Assembly: GCA_031423975.1 (NCBI GenBank) | Contig: JANPGQ010000311.1 | Coordinates: forward strand, 1 to 38,551 | Source: Cytophagales bacterium | GTDB lineage: Bacteria; Bacteroidota; Bacteroidia; Cytophagales; Spirosomataceae | Length of the DNA stretch: 38,551 nt | Direction of reading: 5' to 3' | Part shown: in pieces, positions 28,901-37,938 of the stretch | Layout of the letters: each line of letters opens with the position of its first letter | Numbering within the stretch: position 1 is the first letter of the stretch | The notes under the pieces: generated by a model | Told to the model about the DNA's origin: nothing | The model's database searches: none | The model's input: only the letters and a program-made list of their open reading frames with translations | Translations under genes and position numbers: made by a program

Positions 28901-31465
28901 TTATTTCAAGCCTGGCACCGTTGTTCCGAGTGGACAAGCGGGTGCTGCCACCGTCAAAGTATAAGTTTTGGTCAAACAGCTTGGTGTGGGCGTAGTGGTA
29001 TCACAAACCTTGATACAATAGTAATATGTACCCGCAGTGGTAGGGGTTGTATAAGTATAAGATCCTGATATTAAATTAGTTATCGTCAAATTACTGCCCG
29101 ATGGTAAAGCTGTTGCACCCAATGGAGCAATACACGAAGCTGAATTATCCACCGAATAAACATAAGAACCATCACCACCTGCGGGGGTCAATTCCGTAGA
29201 AGCATTGCCTGTTTTTATTTGGCTTGGCGTGGCAGTTTGTGCGGGTGGATTCACTGCAGTAAGTGGTAGTGCTGCTGCTGTTACGGTGAGTGTATAGGTT
29301 TTAGTTACACAGCTTGGCGTTGGCGTAGCGGTATCGCACACTTTAATACAATAATAGTAAGTGCCTGCTGCGGCAGGAGTAGTGAAAGTGTAAGCCCCTG
29401 TTGTTGAATTAGTTACTGTCAAATTGCTGCTTAATGGCAAAGCCGTAGCTCCACTCACAGGCGTACATGATGCTGAATTATCTACTGAATAAACATACGT
29501 TCCATTACCACCCACAGGTACTAACTCAGTAGCTGCATTGCCCGATTTAGGACTATTGGCAACGCCAGACTTCGGAGCAGGAGTATTAGTCGTAACGGGT
29601 GGAATACAGGGTTTGATAGTATTATCAAGAGCTTTGGCATAAGTAACTGTGTAATTTACGGCTGCCGTTGGGGTATCATTAGTCTCTTTAGTATTTACCA
29701 AACCGTTTGCACCCACGGCGGTAGTAAATTTATAATCGGGTGTCAAACTGGTAGTTGCTCCTGCCTCAAAAGCATCCGAACAACCATCACCATCCGAATC
29801 CAAATCTTCTGAATTGGCTATACCATCGTTATCAGTATCACACGTTTGGCTAAATGTTACAGTTCCGTTTTCAACGGCAAAAAGTCCTCTACCTGCATTG
29901 GCAACGGTTGAACCATCCGAAAATGCAGTGTAATCAAATGTATAAGTTTGCCCATGACTTCCTACATAAGGTAGCGTATTAGCCGTGTTAGCAGTATTTA
30001 GAGCCGCTTGAAGTTGTGGTTTGGCATAATAACCATTTGTATAAGTAGTTGAGCCTCCGGCATTAAATACTGAAAATAAATCAAAAGATTCACTCACAAT
30101 GCTATAACCCGCAGGAAGCGTTGGTAATGCCGCAATTCCTACCGTAAAAGTTCCTAAATTGACAATAGCGGCTGAACTCAATAATGCTTGTATATCTTGG
30201 TCTGGTCCACCCGCTCCATTGGCCTCCGCTTGTTGGTTTGCCGAAGGGCGACCTGTATAAAGCGAGGCTACGTTCGGGCTAACTCCTGCATAAGTTGCTG
30301 TACCAAAAGCGGCGGTTACACCCGTTGCCCATTTATTATCCGCCCCAAAGAGGTTAATAAAATCTGAATAGGTAACTCTAACAGTAAATGAAGCCCCAAT
30401 AGTAGGAACAGCTAATCCGCTGGTTAATTTATAAGTCAAATCAAAATATCCACCGTCTGTACCCACACCCGTAAAACTGGTAGCAGTGGCATCCATTGTA
30501 TATACTGAATTGGTGTTTGGACATTCTACTACGTCCAAAATACCATCATTATCATCATCAATATCAATGGCATTTCCGATACCGTCTCCGTCTGTATCTT
30601 TATCAACCAAAACATTTTTTGAACAAGTACCCGATCCACCAGATGATGTTACCGTTAAAGTTCGTGTACCCGCCGTGCCAGTACCATCATAAGTAATAGG
30701 AATGGTTACTGAGGTTTGTCCTGCCATAAGCGTAGTAGTTAATACTCCCGTAAAACCAGTACCTGAAACGTTGAAGGTAGTTAGTCCAGACAAGGCATTT
30801 GACAGCCCAACCACAAATGTTCCTACACTGCTCGTTGATGCCACAAATGACCCTGTGGTGCTTGAAACGCTACAATTATAGGCAAACTGAGGGGATACTG
30901 CTCCGTAATATCTGATGGATGAACTTTGATATTGAATACAAGAAGCATCAACCGTTGTTTTAATAACAAAGATATAATCTGTATTGGGAGCAAGCCCAAC
31001 GTATTCATTATTGAAGGTGGAACTATTTCCCCCTTTTCTAACGGCTTGTATTTCAGGTCCTGTACACGCCCCACCACTGCTTTTCAAGTACAAACTACCC
31101 TTCCGAGAGGCAGCCGTATTAGCAATACAGGTTGTGTTTCCGGTTGCTTGGTTAGTTTGAATTTGGTTAATAATACCTACTGTTCCATTAGCATCCGTTT
31201 TCACAGTACCACATTGCGTAAAAGTAGTACCAGGATTATTGGCATACGTGGTTACCCCTGCACCAGATCCAGAAGAAGCAAGAGCAGCAGTGGCATAACC
31301 AGTAGAGGCATTTACCGTACAACCCGTACAAGTAATGCCCTGCAAGGGTAGTTGTGCTTGGACTTTATTCAGAGCCGAAACCCAGAAATACAGTACACAA
31401 ACAAATAAGTTTAACCATAACCTTCTGTTTTTTCTTAGACTTTGTGTTTCGTAAATCGTACTCAT
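28901..31465 (-). CDS. 854-aa secreted protein paralogous to the N-terminal head of the giant adhesin
   Basis: Start MSTIYETQ at 31465, signal peptide VQA/Q. Shares the head domains, the Asp-rich motif pair and the YVYSVDN...YYYCI.VCDT...TKTYTLTV module (2 copies) with the giant protein. Ends [12 protein letters not shown]. No CTD. Confidence 0.85.
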   Translation of the reverse strand: MSTIYETQSLRKNRRLWLNLFVCVLYFWVSALNKVQAQLPLQGITCTGCTVNASTGYATAALASSGSGAGVTTYANNPGTTFTQCGTVKTDANGTVGIINQIQTNQATGNTTCIANTAASRKGSLYLKSSGGACTGPEIQAVRKGGNSSTFNNEYVGLAPNTDYIFVIKTTVDASCIQYQSSSIRYYGAVSPQFAYNCSVSSTTGSFVASTSSVGTFVVGLSNALSGLTTFNVSGTGFTGVLTTTLMAGQTSVTIPITYDGTGTAGTRTLTVTSSGGSGTCSKNVLVDKDTDGDGIGNAIDIDDDNDGILDVVECPNTNSVYTMDATATSFTGVGTDGGYFDLTYKLTSGLAVPTIGASFTVRVTYSDFINLFGADNKWATGVTAAFGTATYAGVSPNVASLYTGRPSANQQAEANGAGGPDQDIQALLSSAAIVNLGTFTVGIAALPTLPAGYSIVSESFDLFSVFNAGGSTTYTNGYYAKPQLQAALNTANTANTLPYVGSHGQTYTFDYTAFSDGSTVANAGRGLFAVENGTVTFSQTCDTDNDGIANSEDLDSDGDGCSDAFEAGATTSLTPDYKFTTAVGANGLVNTKETNDTPTAAVNYTVTYAKALDNTIKPCIPPVTTNTPAPKSGVANSPKSGNAATELVPVGGNGTYVYSVDNSASCTPVSGATALPLSSNLTVTNSTTGAYTFTTPAAAGTYYYCIKVCDTATPTPSCVTKTYTLTVTAAALPLTAVNPPAQTATPSQIKTGNASTELTPAGGDGSYVYSVDNSASCIAPLGATALPSGSNLTITNLISGSYTYTTPTTAGTYYYCIKVCDTTTPTPSCLTKTYTLTVAAPACPLGTTVPGLK

Positions 31466-31539
31466 TGTATTAATATTTAATCCAGCCAAAGCCAGAAGTT
31501 TGAATGTATTTATTTTTAAATAGTTAATTCTATAAATGC

Positions 31540-31591
31540 AAAAAGCACAATCTATCAAGCAGTATTACTATTGCTTGATAGATTGTGCTTT
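31540..31591 (-). terminator. Strong intrinsic-terminator-like hairpin upstream of the first gene of the adhesin cluster
   Basis: Perfect 20-bp inverted repeat aaagcacaatctatcaagca (31542-31561) and tgcttgatagattgtgcttt (31572-31591). It ends in T5 on the minus strand, ~75 nt before ATG 31465. Confidence 0.7.
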
Positions 31592-32154
31592 AGAAAATCG
31601 TATAGACGAAATTTTATCCGAAACGAAACAAAATGGCGGTTTTGTTGTCATCAGTATTACTAATATAGTATCAAAAAGTCCTTACAAAAAGGGAGTTTCG
31701 AATGTGACTAATTATTAAATTTTGGAACATATGAAATGAATAAAAGAGGTTTTGTAGAAACCAAAACTGTTTATTATTCACTGTTCACTTTATTATGATG
31801 GGTTATATGGGAGCTTGGTTCAAGATATTGAACCATTATTAATACTACAAAATATATGCCGAAAATGAACAATTCATCTGCAACATCTAATTTATCAAAA
31901 TTGTTATTGAGCTAACAAAGGTTAATGGTTGTTGCAAAATGCTGTATTTCAATCAATTATGTACGTATTTTGATTTTTTTATTAAAAATCAACTCTTAAG
32001 TTTTATAGAAATAAATAATTGGTTACAAATGTTGCAAGAGTAGCATAAAGAAATAGCATTCTTAAATTCAAAATCTCCTTTAATCTCAAATATCATACCA
32101 AGCCATCTGTATGATTTCTTCTTAATATTAAAATACACCCTAAGAAATCAGTCG

Positions 32155-32162
32155 TATCTTTG
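32155..32162 (+). promoter_or_regulatory. Bacteroidota -7 promoter element for hemE
   Basis: TATCTTTG matches TAnnTTTG, 31 nt upstream of ATG 32194. Confidence 0.65.
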
Positions 32163-32193
32163 TAGAACGATTAAGAACTCGTAATACAATTTT

Positions 32194-33222
32194 ATGGAAA
32201 TTTTACAAAACGATTTACTTTTACGTGCCGCACGTGGAGAGCAAACCGAACGTACTCCTGTATGGATGATGCGTCAAGCAGGAAGAATTTTAGCAGAGTA
32301 TAGAGCTGTTCGTGAAAAGGCGGGGAGCTTTATTCAGTTGGCAACCAATCCAGAATTGGCTGCCGAAGTAACCCTTCAACCCGTTGATATTTTGGGTGTT
32401 GATGCCGCCATTATTTTTTCAGATATTTTGGTAATTCCCGAAGCAATGGGTTTGCCTTATATAATGGAAGAAAAAACTGGACCTGTTTTTCCAAATGTAA
32501 TCAGTACGATGGCGGATGTGGATAAGCTAATAGTTGCCAACCCCGAAGAAAAATTGAAGTATGTTTTGGATGCCATCAAAATAGTGAAAACTGAATTGAA
32601 CGGACGTGTTCCACTTATCGGTTTTGCGGGAGCTCCATTTACTTTGCTTTGTTACATGATTGAAGGGCGTGGTTCAAAAACATTCTCGAAAGCCAAAAAA
32701 TACCTTTATACCGAACCTGCTCTATCGCACGCACTTTTGCAGAAAATTACGGATAGCACCATTTTATATTTGAAAGCCCAAGTGGCGGCAGGAGCAAACT
32801 TGGTTCAGATTTTCGATTCATGGGCAGGCATTCTTTCGCCCGAACAATACCGTATCTATTCGCTTCCTTATATAAGTCAAATTTGCGATGCTATCACGGA
32901 AGTACCCGTAACGGTTTTTGCCAAAGGCGCATTTTTTGCTCGTGAAGAAATGGGTAAACTCAATTGTGAAGTGATTGGCTTGGATTGGAATATGGACATT
33001 GCCGAGTCTCGTAAACTAATTGGCAATAGCAAAACACTCCAAGGTAACCTTGACCCTTGTGTACTCTACGGCACATTCGATGAAATCAAAAAACAAACTC
33101 GCTCTATGATACAGCAATTTGGAAACCAAAGATATATTGCCAATTTAGGACACGGAGTTTATCCCGATACCCACCCCGACAAGGTGAAGTGTTTTATTGA
33201 TACCGTGAAAGAGGGGATATAA
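32194..33222 (+). CDS. hemE: Uroporphyrinogen decarboxylase
   Basis: Motifs [49 protein letters not shown] and NLGHG. Confidence 0.97.
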   Translation: MEILQNDLLLRAARGEQTERTPVWMMRQAGRILAEYRAVREKAGSFIQLATNPELAAEVTLQPVDILGVDAAIIFSDILVIPEAMGLPYIMEEKTGPVFPNVISTMADVDKLIVANPEEKLKYVLDAIKIVKTELNGRVPLIGFAGAPFTLLCYMIEGRGSKTFSKAKKYLYTEPALSHALLQKITDSTILYLKAQVAAGANLVQIFDSWAGILSPEQYRIYSLPYISQICDAITEVPVTVFAKGAFFAREEMGKLNCEVIGLDWNMDIAESRKLIGNSKTLQGNLDPCVLYGTFDEIKKQTRSMIQQFGNQRYIANLGHGVYPDTHPDKVKCFIDTVKEGI

Positions 33223-33308
33223 ATATTTGGCTGTTGGCTGTTTGTGCTTTGCTAAAATAAATCAATATCTTTACGAAAAAAAAATTGCTTTTTAAAACCG
33301 TCAATTAC

Positions 33309-34490
33309 ATGAAAAAGCTATTTACTTTATGGTGTTTGTTATTGTCCATTAGCTCATTTTCACAAGTGGTGATTTATGAGATTTATGGGGGTGGAGGAAA
33401 TAGTGGTTCGGTTTATAAAAATGATTATGTTGTTCTACATAATAATAGCCTGACTACTACTCAAAGTCTTGCTGGATGGTCACTGCAAAATGCTTCCACA
33501 GCAACGTCAAGCACTTGGAAAGTATATCCATTAACTGGTAGTATTCCTCCGGGCGGATATTATTTAATTAAATTTGGTGGCGGCGTAGGTGGTACAACTA
33601 ATCTTCCTGCTGCCGATTTTGATGCAAGTACAGTAGTTGGTACTGGTGGCGTAACAGTTTCAGATTTAGATTTGAACGCTACTAATGGGAAGTTTGTACT
33701 GAGTAATTTGACTACACCTTTAAGTGGAGCAAATCCTACAGGTGGCGTTGTAGATAAGGTAGGATTTGGAACTTCTGGTACAATACCTGATGGCTTTGAG
33801 GGGAGTCCTTTCGTTCCATCCCCTAACATAGTCGGAAATGTAACCAGTATTACCAGAGTTAATAATGGTCAAGATACCCAAAATAATTCTGTTGATTTTT
33901 CTAAAACAACCCCCACGCCTAAAAACTCAGCCACTCAGCCTTTGTTAGTGTCATTAACCTATTTTCAAACAGAAACCACAGGCAATCAACGAGTTAATAT
34001 TCGATGGGAGACCGCCCAAGAAGTAAATAGTAATATTTTTATTTTGGAAAGAAGTCGTAATGCAGTTGATTATAAAACCATTGCGAAGATAGAAGCCGCA
34101 GGAGAATCCAACATGACCAAGCGATACAGTTTTACCGATGAATCTGCTCTTTTTGGCACAAATTATTACCGACTTTCACAGATTGATAAAGACGGAACTA
34201 CCCAAATTTTTCGTCCCCAAGCGGTCATTATTGACGATGCTTCCTTGCCTTTTGGCGTTTTTGCTAATCCAGTTTTTAGCAATACTTTCAACGTAAAAGT
34301 AGAAGATGCTGACGAAGCCAATTTTGAACTAAATGACTTGAATGGAAAGTCTATTCCCTTGAAAACCAATAAATTAACACAGATTATTGTAGAAATAACA
34401 CCCACTGAAAACTTACCTTTGGGAATGTATATTCTCCAGGTTCAGACCTTGGGAAGTTTGAAAATGCACAAGGTATTGGTGGTGAAGTAA
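33309..34490 (+). CDS. Lamin-tail-domain protein with T9SS type A CTD (393 aa)
   Basis: Start MKKLFTL at 33309, signal peptide SFS/Q. LTD pattern QVVI.EIYGGGGNSG..YKNDYV.LHN...SLAGWSLQ...IPPGGYYLI. Pre-CTD module PLLVSLTYF...WETAQE.NS..FILERS...YYRLSQID.DG. CTD VFANP...LNDLNGK...GMYILQV...KVLVVK. Confidence 0.85.
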   Translation: MKKLFTLWCLLLSISSFSQVVIYEIYGGGGNSGSVYKNDYVVLHNNSLTTTQSLAGWSLQNASTATSSTWKVYPLTGSIPPGGYYLIKFGGGVGGTTNLPAADFDASTVVGTGGVTVSDLDLNATNGKFVLSNLTTPLSGANPTGGVVDKVGFGTSGTIPDGFEGSPFVPSPNIVGNVTSITRVNNGQDTQNNSVDFSKTTPTPKNSATQPLLVSLTYFQTETTGNQRVNIRWETAQEVNSNIFILERSRNAVDYKTIAKIEAAGESNMTKRYSFTDESALFGTNYYRLSQIDKDGTTQIFRPQAVIIDDASLPFGVFANPVFSNTFNVKVEDADEANFELNDLNGKSIPLKTNKLTQIIVEITPTENLPLGMYILQVQTLGSLKMHKVLVVK

Positions 34491-35018
34491 CTAAAACTTC
34501 AACCACTCTCCCTTCAACCGCATCACCTGTTCAATCACATCCCTAACTGCTCCTTTTCCACCTTTTTGAGGAGAAATATAATTGGCAATCTCTAAAATTT
34601 CTTCACAAGAATCGGCAGGACAAGTGGCAAAGATATTGGGACGAGACATTACCTCATAATCGGGTAAATCATCACCCATATACAAGATATTTTCTTCTGA
34701 AATTCCCGAATCAGCTAACCATTTTTCATAAATTTCTAATTTACTTTTCCCGCCAGAACCCATGAAAACATCGTGGATTTTAAGGTTTTGCAGACGCTTA
34801 CGCACGCCTTCATGCTTGCCTCCCGTAATGACACAGATATGGTAACCCGCCTGCACTGCACGCTCAATGGCATACCCATCACGGATATGAAACACTCGAT
34901 AATGTTCGCCAGTTTCTAATACGTGAACAGAGCCATCAGTCATTACGCCATCAATATCAAAAACGAAAGTGGTGATATTTTTGAAATTATTAGGGCTTTT
35001 TATATTGTTATTCTTCAT
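34491..35018 (-). CDS. kdsC: HAD-family KDO-8-phosphate phosphatase (YrbI/KdsC-like)
   Basis: Motifs FVFDIDGVMTDG, F.IRDG, VITGG, YMGDDLPD, CPAD and GGKGAVRDVIE. Confidence 0.88.
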   Translation of the reverse strand: MKNNNIKSPNNFKNITTFVFDIDGVMTDGSVHVLETGEHYRVFHIRDGYAIERAVQAGYHICVITGGKHEGVRKRLQNLKIHDVFMGSGGKSKLEIYEKWLADSGISEENILYMGDDLPDYEVMSRPNIFATCPADSCEEILEIANYISPQKGGKGAVRDVIEQVMRLKGEWLKF

Positions 35019-35022
35019 AAAA

Positions 35023-35030
35023 CAAAGGTA
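35023..35030 (-). promoter_or_regulatory. Bacteroidota -7 promoter element for kdsC
   Basis: Minus-strand TACCTTTG (TAnnTTTG), ending 4 nt before ATG 35018. Confidence 0.55.
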
Positions 35031-35185
35031 AGAGGATTGTTTTAGTCTAAGAATTTTAGTTAAACAAAATTACATAGTACAGGGATTTCATCGCTATTCT
35101 TCCCCCTTTCGTCATAACTCATTTTTTATTCAAACCATTCTTGTGTATTTTCGTTATTCACAAAAACACTAACAAACTATTCATC

Positions 35186-37762
35186 ATGCTAAAAATTACG
35201 AAAAAGGCCTTGTGTTTGGCTTCGGTGGTATGTCTAACCCTCACCGCCCAAGCCCAAGACAAAAAAGGAGACGGCAAAACGCCTCCACCCACCACTACTA
35301 CAACACCCCCAAAACCTGCAGAAGCTCCAAAAACAGGTCCCAAACCTTACAAAGAGGTTATTACTGACAAAGCCAAATCAATTAAAGGGCTTTTTACGGT
35401 GCATAAAGTTGAGGATAAGCACTATTTTGAGATTCCAGATTCTTTGTTGGGACACGATATTATGACGATTACTCGTATCGTAAAAACTGCCACTATCCCA
35501 GGTACTTATGGTGGTGAATTATTGAATCGTCAGGTAATTAATTTTGAAAAAGGACCCGACAACAAAGTATTCGTCAGAGCCATTCAGTACATCAATGTTT
35601 CACCAGATTCTACGGCTCCGATGTACAAAGCAGTACAAAACTCAAATGTACAACCCATTGCCCAAGCCTTTGATGTTAAGGCATATAAAAAGGATTCAGT
35701 TTCTAAAAAAGGTAGTACCGTTATTGATGTGACGGATTTCTTCAAAGGGGATAATCAGATTGTTTCTTTATCGCCAGCGACAAAATCGAACTATAAAATT
35801 ACGTCTATTGCTGCCGACCGTTCTTATATTCAGGCCATCAAGTCATTTCCTTTGAATATTGAAATAAAGACGGTGAAAACTTTCAACGGTTCAGCCCCAA
35901 CTCCTTCGTTTGGACCATCTTCGCCAAGTCCGATTCCTTCGGTAAGTATTCCTGCCATTGCAGTTTCAGGAGCAGTTACGATGGAGATAAATACATCAAT
36001 GATATTATTGCCTTCACTTCCGATGAAGCAACGTCTTTTCGACCCCAGAGTTGGCTATTTTGCGAATGGTTACACGACTTTTGACGAAGGTTCACAACGT
36101 ACTGACGACCGTACTTTTGCGGTCAGATGGCGTTTAGAGCCCAAAAATGCTGAAGATGCGACTAAGCAAAAAAATGGAGAATTGATTGAACCTAAGAAAC
36201 CAATCGTTTATTATATCGACCCCGCCACACCCGCTAAATGGCGTAAATATTTAAAAATGGGAGTTGATGATTGGCAAAAAGCCTTTGAAGCCGCTGGTTG
36301 GAAAAACGCCATTAGAGGTGAGATTTTAGCGGATAATGATACGACTATCAGCTTGGAAGATGCTCGTTATTCAGCTATTCGTTATTTTGCTTCAGACATT
36401 GAAAATGCTTACGGACCCAACGTGAACGACCCACGCTCGGGTGAGATTTTAGAAAGTCATATCGGTTGGTATCACAATGTTATGAAGCTCTTAAAAAAGT
36501 GGTACATGACTCAGGCAGGTGCAGTAGATGCCCGTGCGAGAAAAAATAAATTTGATGATGAATTGATGGGAGATTTAATCCGTTTTGTGTCTTCACACGA
36601 GGTTGGACACACCATTGGTTTACGTCATAATTTTGGGTCAAGTAGCACGATTCCCGTTGAAAATCTTCGTAACCCAGCTTGGATTGCAGCTCATGGACAC
36701 ACACCTTCTATTATGGATTATGCTCGTTTTAATTACGTAGCGCAGCCCGAAGATGGCGTAAAAGACCTTTATCCACGCATCGGAGAGTATGATATTTGGG
36801 CAGTGAAATGGGCGTACCAAACCTTGAATGGAGCGACTCCCGAAGATGACCAAAAGACGCTGAATAAGCAATTCATGACGGAATATGCTAAAAATCCACG
36901 CATTTGGTTTGGAACTGAAACGAACCCTTACGACCCACGTACACAGTCGGAATGTATTGGTGATAATAATATGTTGGCGAGCGATTATGGTATCAAAAAT
37001 TTGAAGAGAATCCTGCCAAATCTTACAGAATGGACGAAAGAGGAAGCCCAAGACTACGATATGTTAACTGAATCTTATGGTGAAATTGTCAATCAATATC
37101 GCCGTTATATCGGTCACGTTACCAAAAATGTTGGTGGTATTTATGAAACACCACGTACCTCAGACGAAACGGGTGTAGTCTATGAACCAACACCTCGCAA
37201 TCTTCAAAAAGATGCAGTTTCGTGGTTAAATCGTCAGGTTTTTGAAACGCCAACTTGGTTGATGGATGAAAAAATTATGTCAAAAACTCGCCCAGACCAA
37301 GGCGTTGATGCCATCAGTAGAATTCAGGAATCAGCACTTAATAGCTTGATGTCAACAGACCGTTTGCAACGCCTCATCGAAACAAACAATAAATTTCCAT
37401 CTTCGTATAGCTTGGATGAAATGTTCACTGATATTCGCAATGGCGTATGGTCGGAATTTCGTACTCGCAAGGCAATTGATGGTTCACGAAGAAATTTACA
37501 GAAAATTTATGTAGAGAAAATGATTGCTACCTTGAATGCTACGGGTGCAGCACCAGCGTTCAATTTCTCATTTAGAGGAACGGTTGTGCCACTTGCAGTT
37601 GACCCTCGCAAGACTGATATTGTATCAGTAACTCGTGGACATTTAATGGCACTGAAAGACGAATTAAAACTTGCCTTGCATCAGCCTACTCTTGATAAAA
37701 TGAGCAAATATCACTTGCAAGATTGTTTGTTTAGAATAGAAAAAGGACTTGACCCTAAGTAG
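35186..37762 (+). CDS. Secreted zinc-dependent metalloprotease (DUF5118/DUF5117/DUF4953, EcxA-like; 858 aa)
   Basis: Start MLKITKK at 35186, signal peptide AQA/Q. Motifs KPYKEVIT, DPRVGYF, RWRLEPK, KKPIVYYID, DPRSGEILE, zinc motif HEVGHTIGLRH and Met-turn SIMDY. Confidence 0.92.
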   Translation: MLKITKKALCLASVVCLTLTAQAQDKKGDGKTPPPTTTTTPPKPAEAPKTGPKPYKEVITDKAKSIKGLFTVHKVEDKHYFEIPDSLLGHDIMTITRIVKTATIPGTYGGELLNRQVINFEKGPDNKVFVRAIQYINVSPDSTAPMYKAVQNSNVQPIAQAFDVKAYKKDSVSKKGSTVIDVTDFFKGDNQIVSLSPATKSNYKITSIAADRSYIQAIKSFPLNIEIKTVKTFNGSAPTPSFGPSSPSPIPSVSIPAIAVSGAVTMEINTSMILLPSLPMKQRLFDPRVGYFANGYTTFDEGSQRTDDRTFAVRWRLEPKNAEDATKQKNGELIEPKKPIVYYIDPATPAKWRKYLKMGVDDWQKAFEAAGWKNAIRGEILADNDTTISLEDARYSAIRYFASDIENAYGPNVNDPRSGEILESHIGWYHNVMKLLKKWYMTQAGAVDARARKNKFDDELMGDLIRFVSSHEVGHTIGLRHNFGSSSTIPVENLRNPAWIAAHGHTPSIMDYARFNYVAQPEDGVKDLYPRIGEYDIWAVKWAYQTLNGATPEDDQKTLNKQFMTEYAKNPRIWFGTETNPYDPRTQSECIGDNNMLASDYGIKNLKRILPNLTEWTKEEAQDYDMLTESYGEIVNQYRRYIGHVTKNVGGIYETPRTSDETGVVYEPTPRNLQKDAVSWLNRQVFETPTWLMDEKIMSKTRPDQGVDAISRIQESALNSLMSTDRLQRLIETNNKFPSSYSLDEMFTDIRNGVWSEFRTRKAIDGSRRNLQKIYVEKMIATLNATGAAPAFNFSFRGTVVPLAVDPRKTDIVSVTRGHLMALKDELKLALHQPTLDKMSKYHLQDCLFRIEKGLDPK

Positions 37763-37797
37763 GGATTAGGCGGGTTGCGTAACCGATTAGGTGAATT

Positions 37798-37833
37798 AGG
37801 GATTAGGGATTTAGACCTAATCCCTTTTTTTTT
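37798..37833 (+). terminator. Intrinsic terminator built from GGATTAG heptamers
   Basis: agggattagg (37798-37807) and cctaatccct (37816-37825), followed by a long T run. Confidence 0.8.
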
Positions 37834-37938
37834 AAGAAAAGACGAATAAACTCAAATCTCATAAAACAATTGAAAATTTACAAAACTCTTTTTTAAACTT
37901 TAATTTTACTTTACAAAGTTTACTATTTAATCATAATA

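Noticed and set aside
27000-30700. Diversity-generating retroelement or invertase shufflon acting on adhesin heads
   Set aside because: No reverse transcriptase or recombinase in the window, no near-identical TR/VR pair with adenine-specific differences, and no inverted cassettes.
10558-31351. Many short antisense or alternate-frame ORFs inside the adhesin genes
   Set aside because: These are shadow ORFs from Thr/Val/Pro/Gly/Asn-rich repetitive coding sequence, with no recognisable motifs.
15835-31465. RTX/T1SS or autotransporter export of the giant proteins
   Set aside because: They have Sec signal peptides, no GGxGxD nonapeptide runs, no C-terminal beta-barrel and no T1SS or TpsB genes nearby. 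The Asp-rich motifs are TSP3-like.
31536-31718. 60-aa plus-strand ORF, and the ORF-track start at 31558 for the 854-aa gene
   Set aside because: Both run through the 20-bp hairpin and lack protein-like features. ATG 31465 gives a normal signal peptide.
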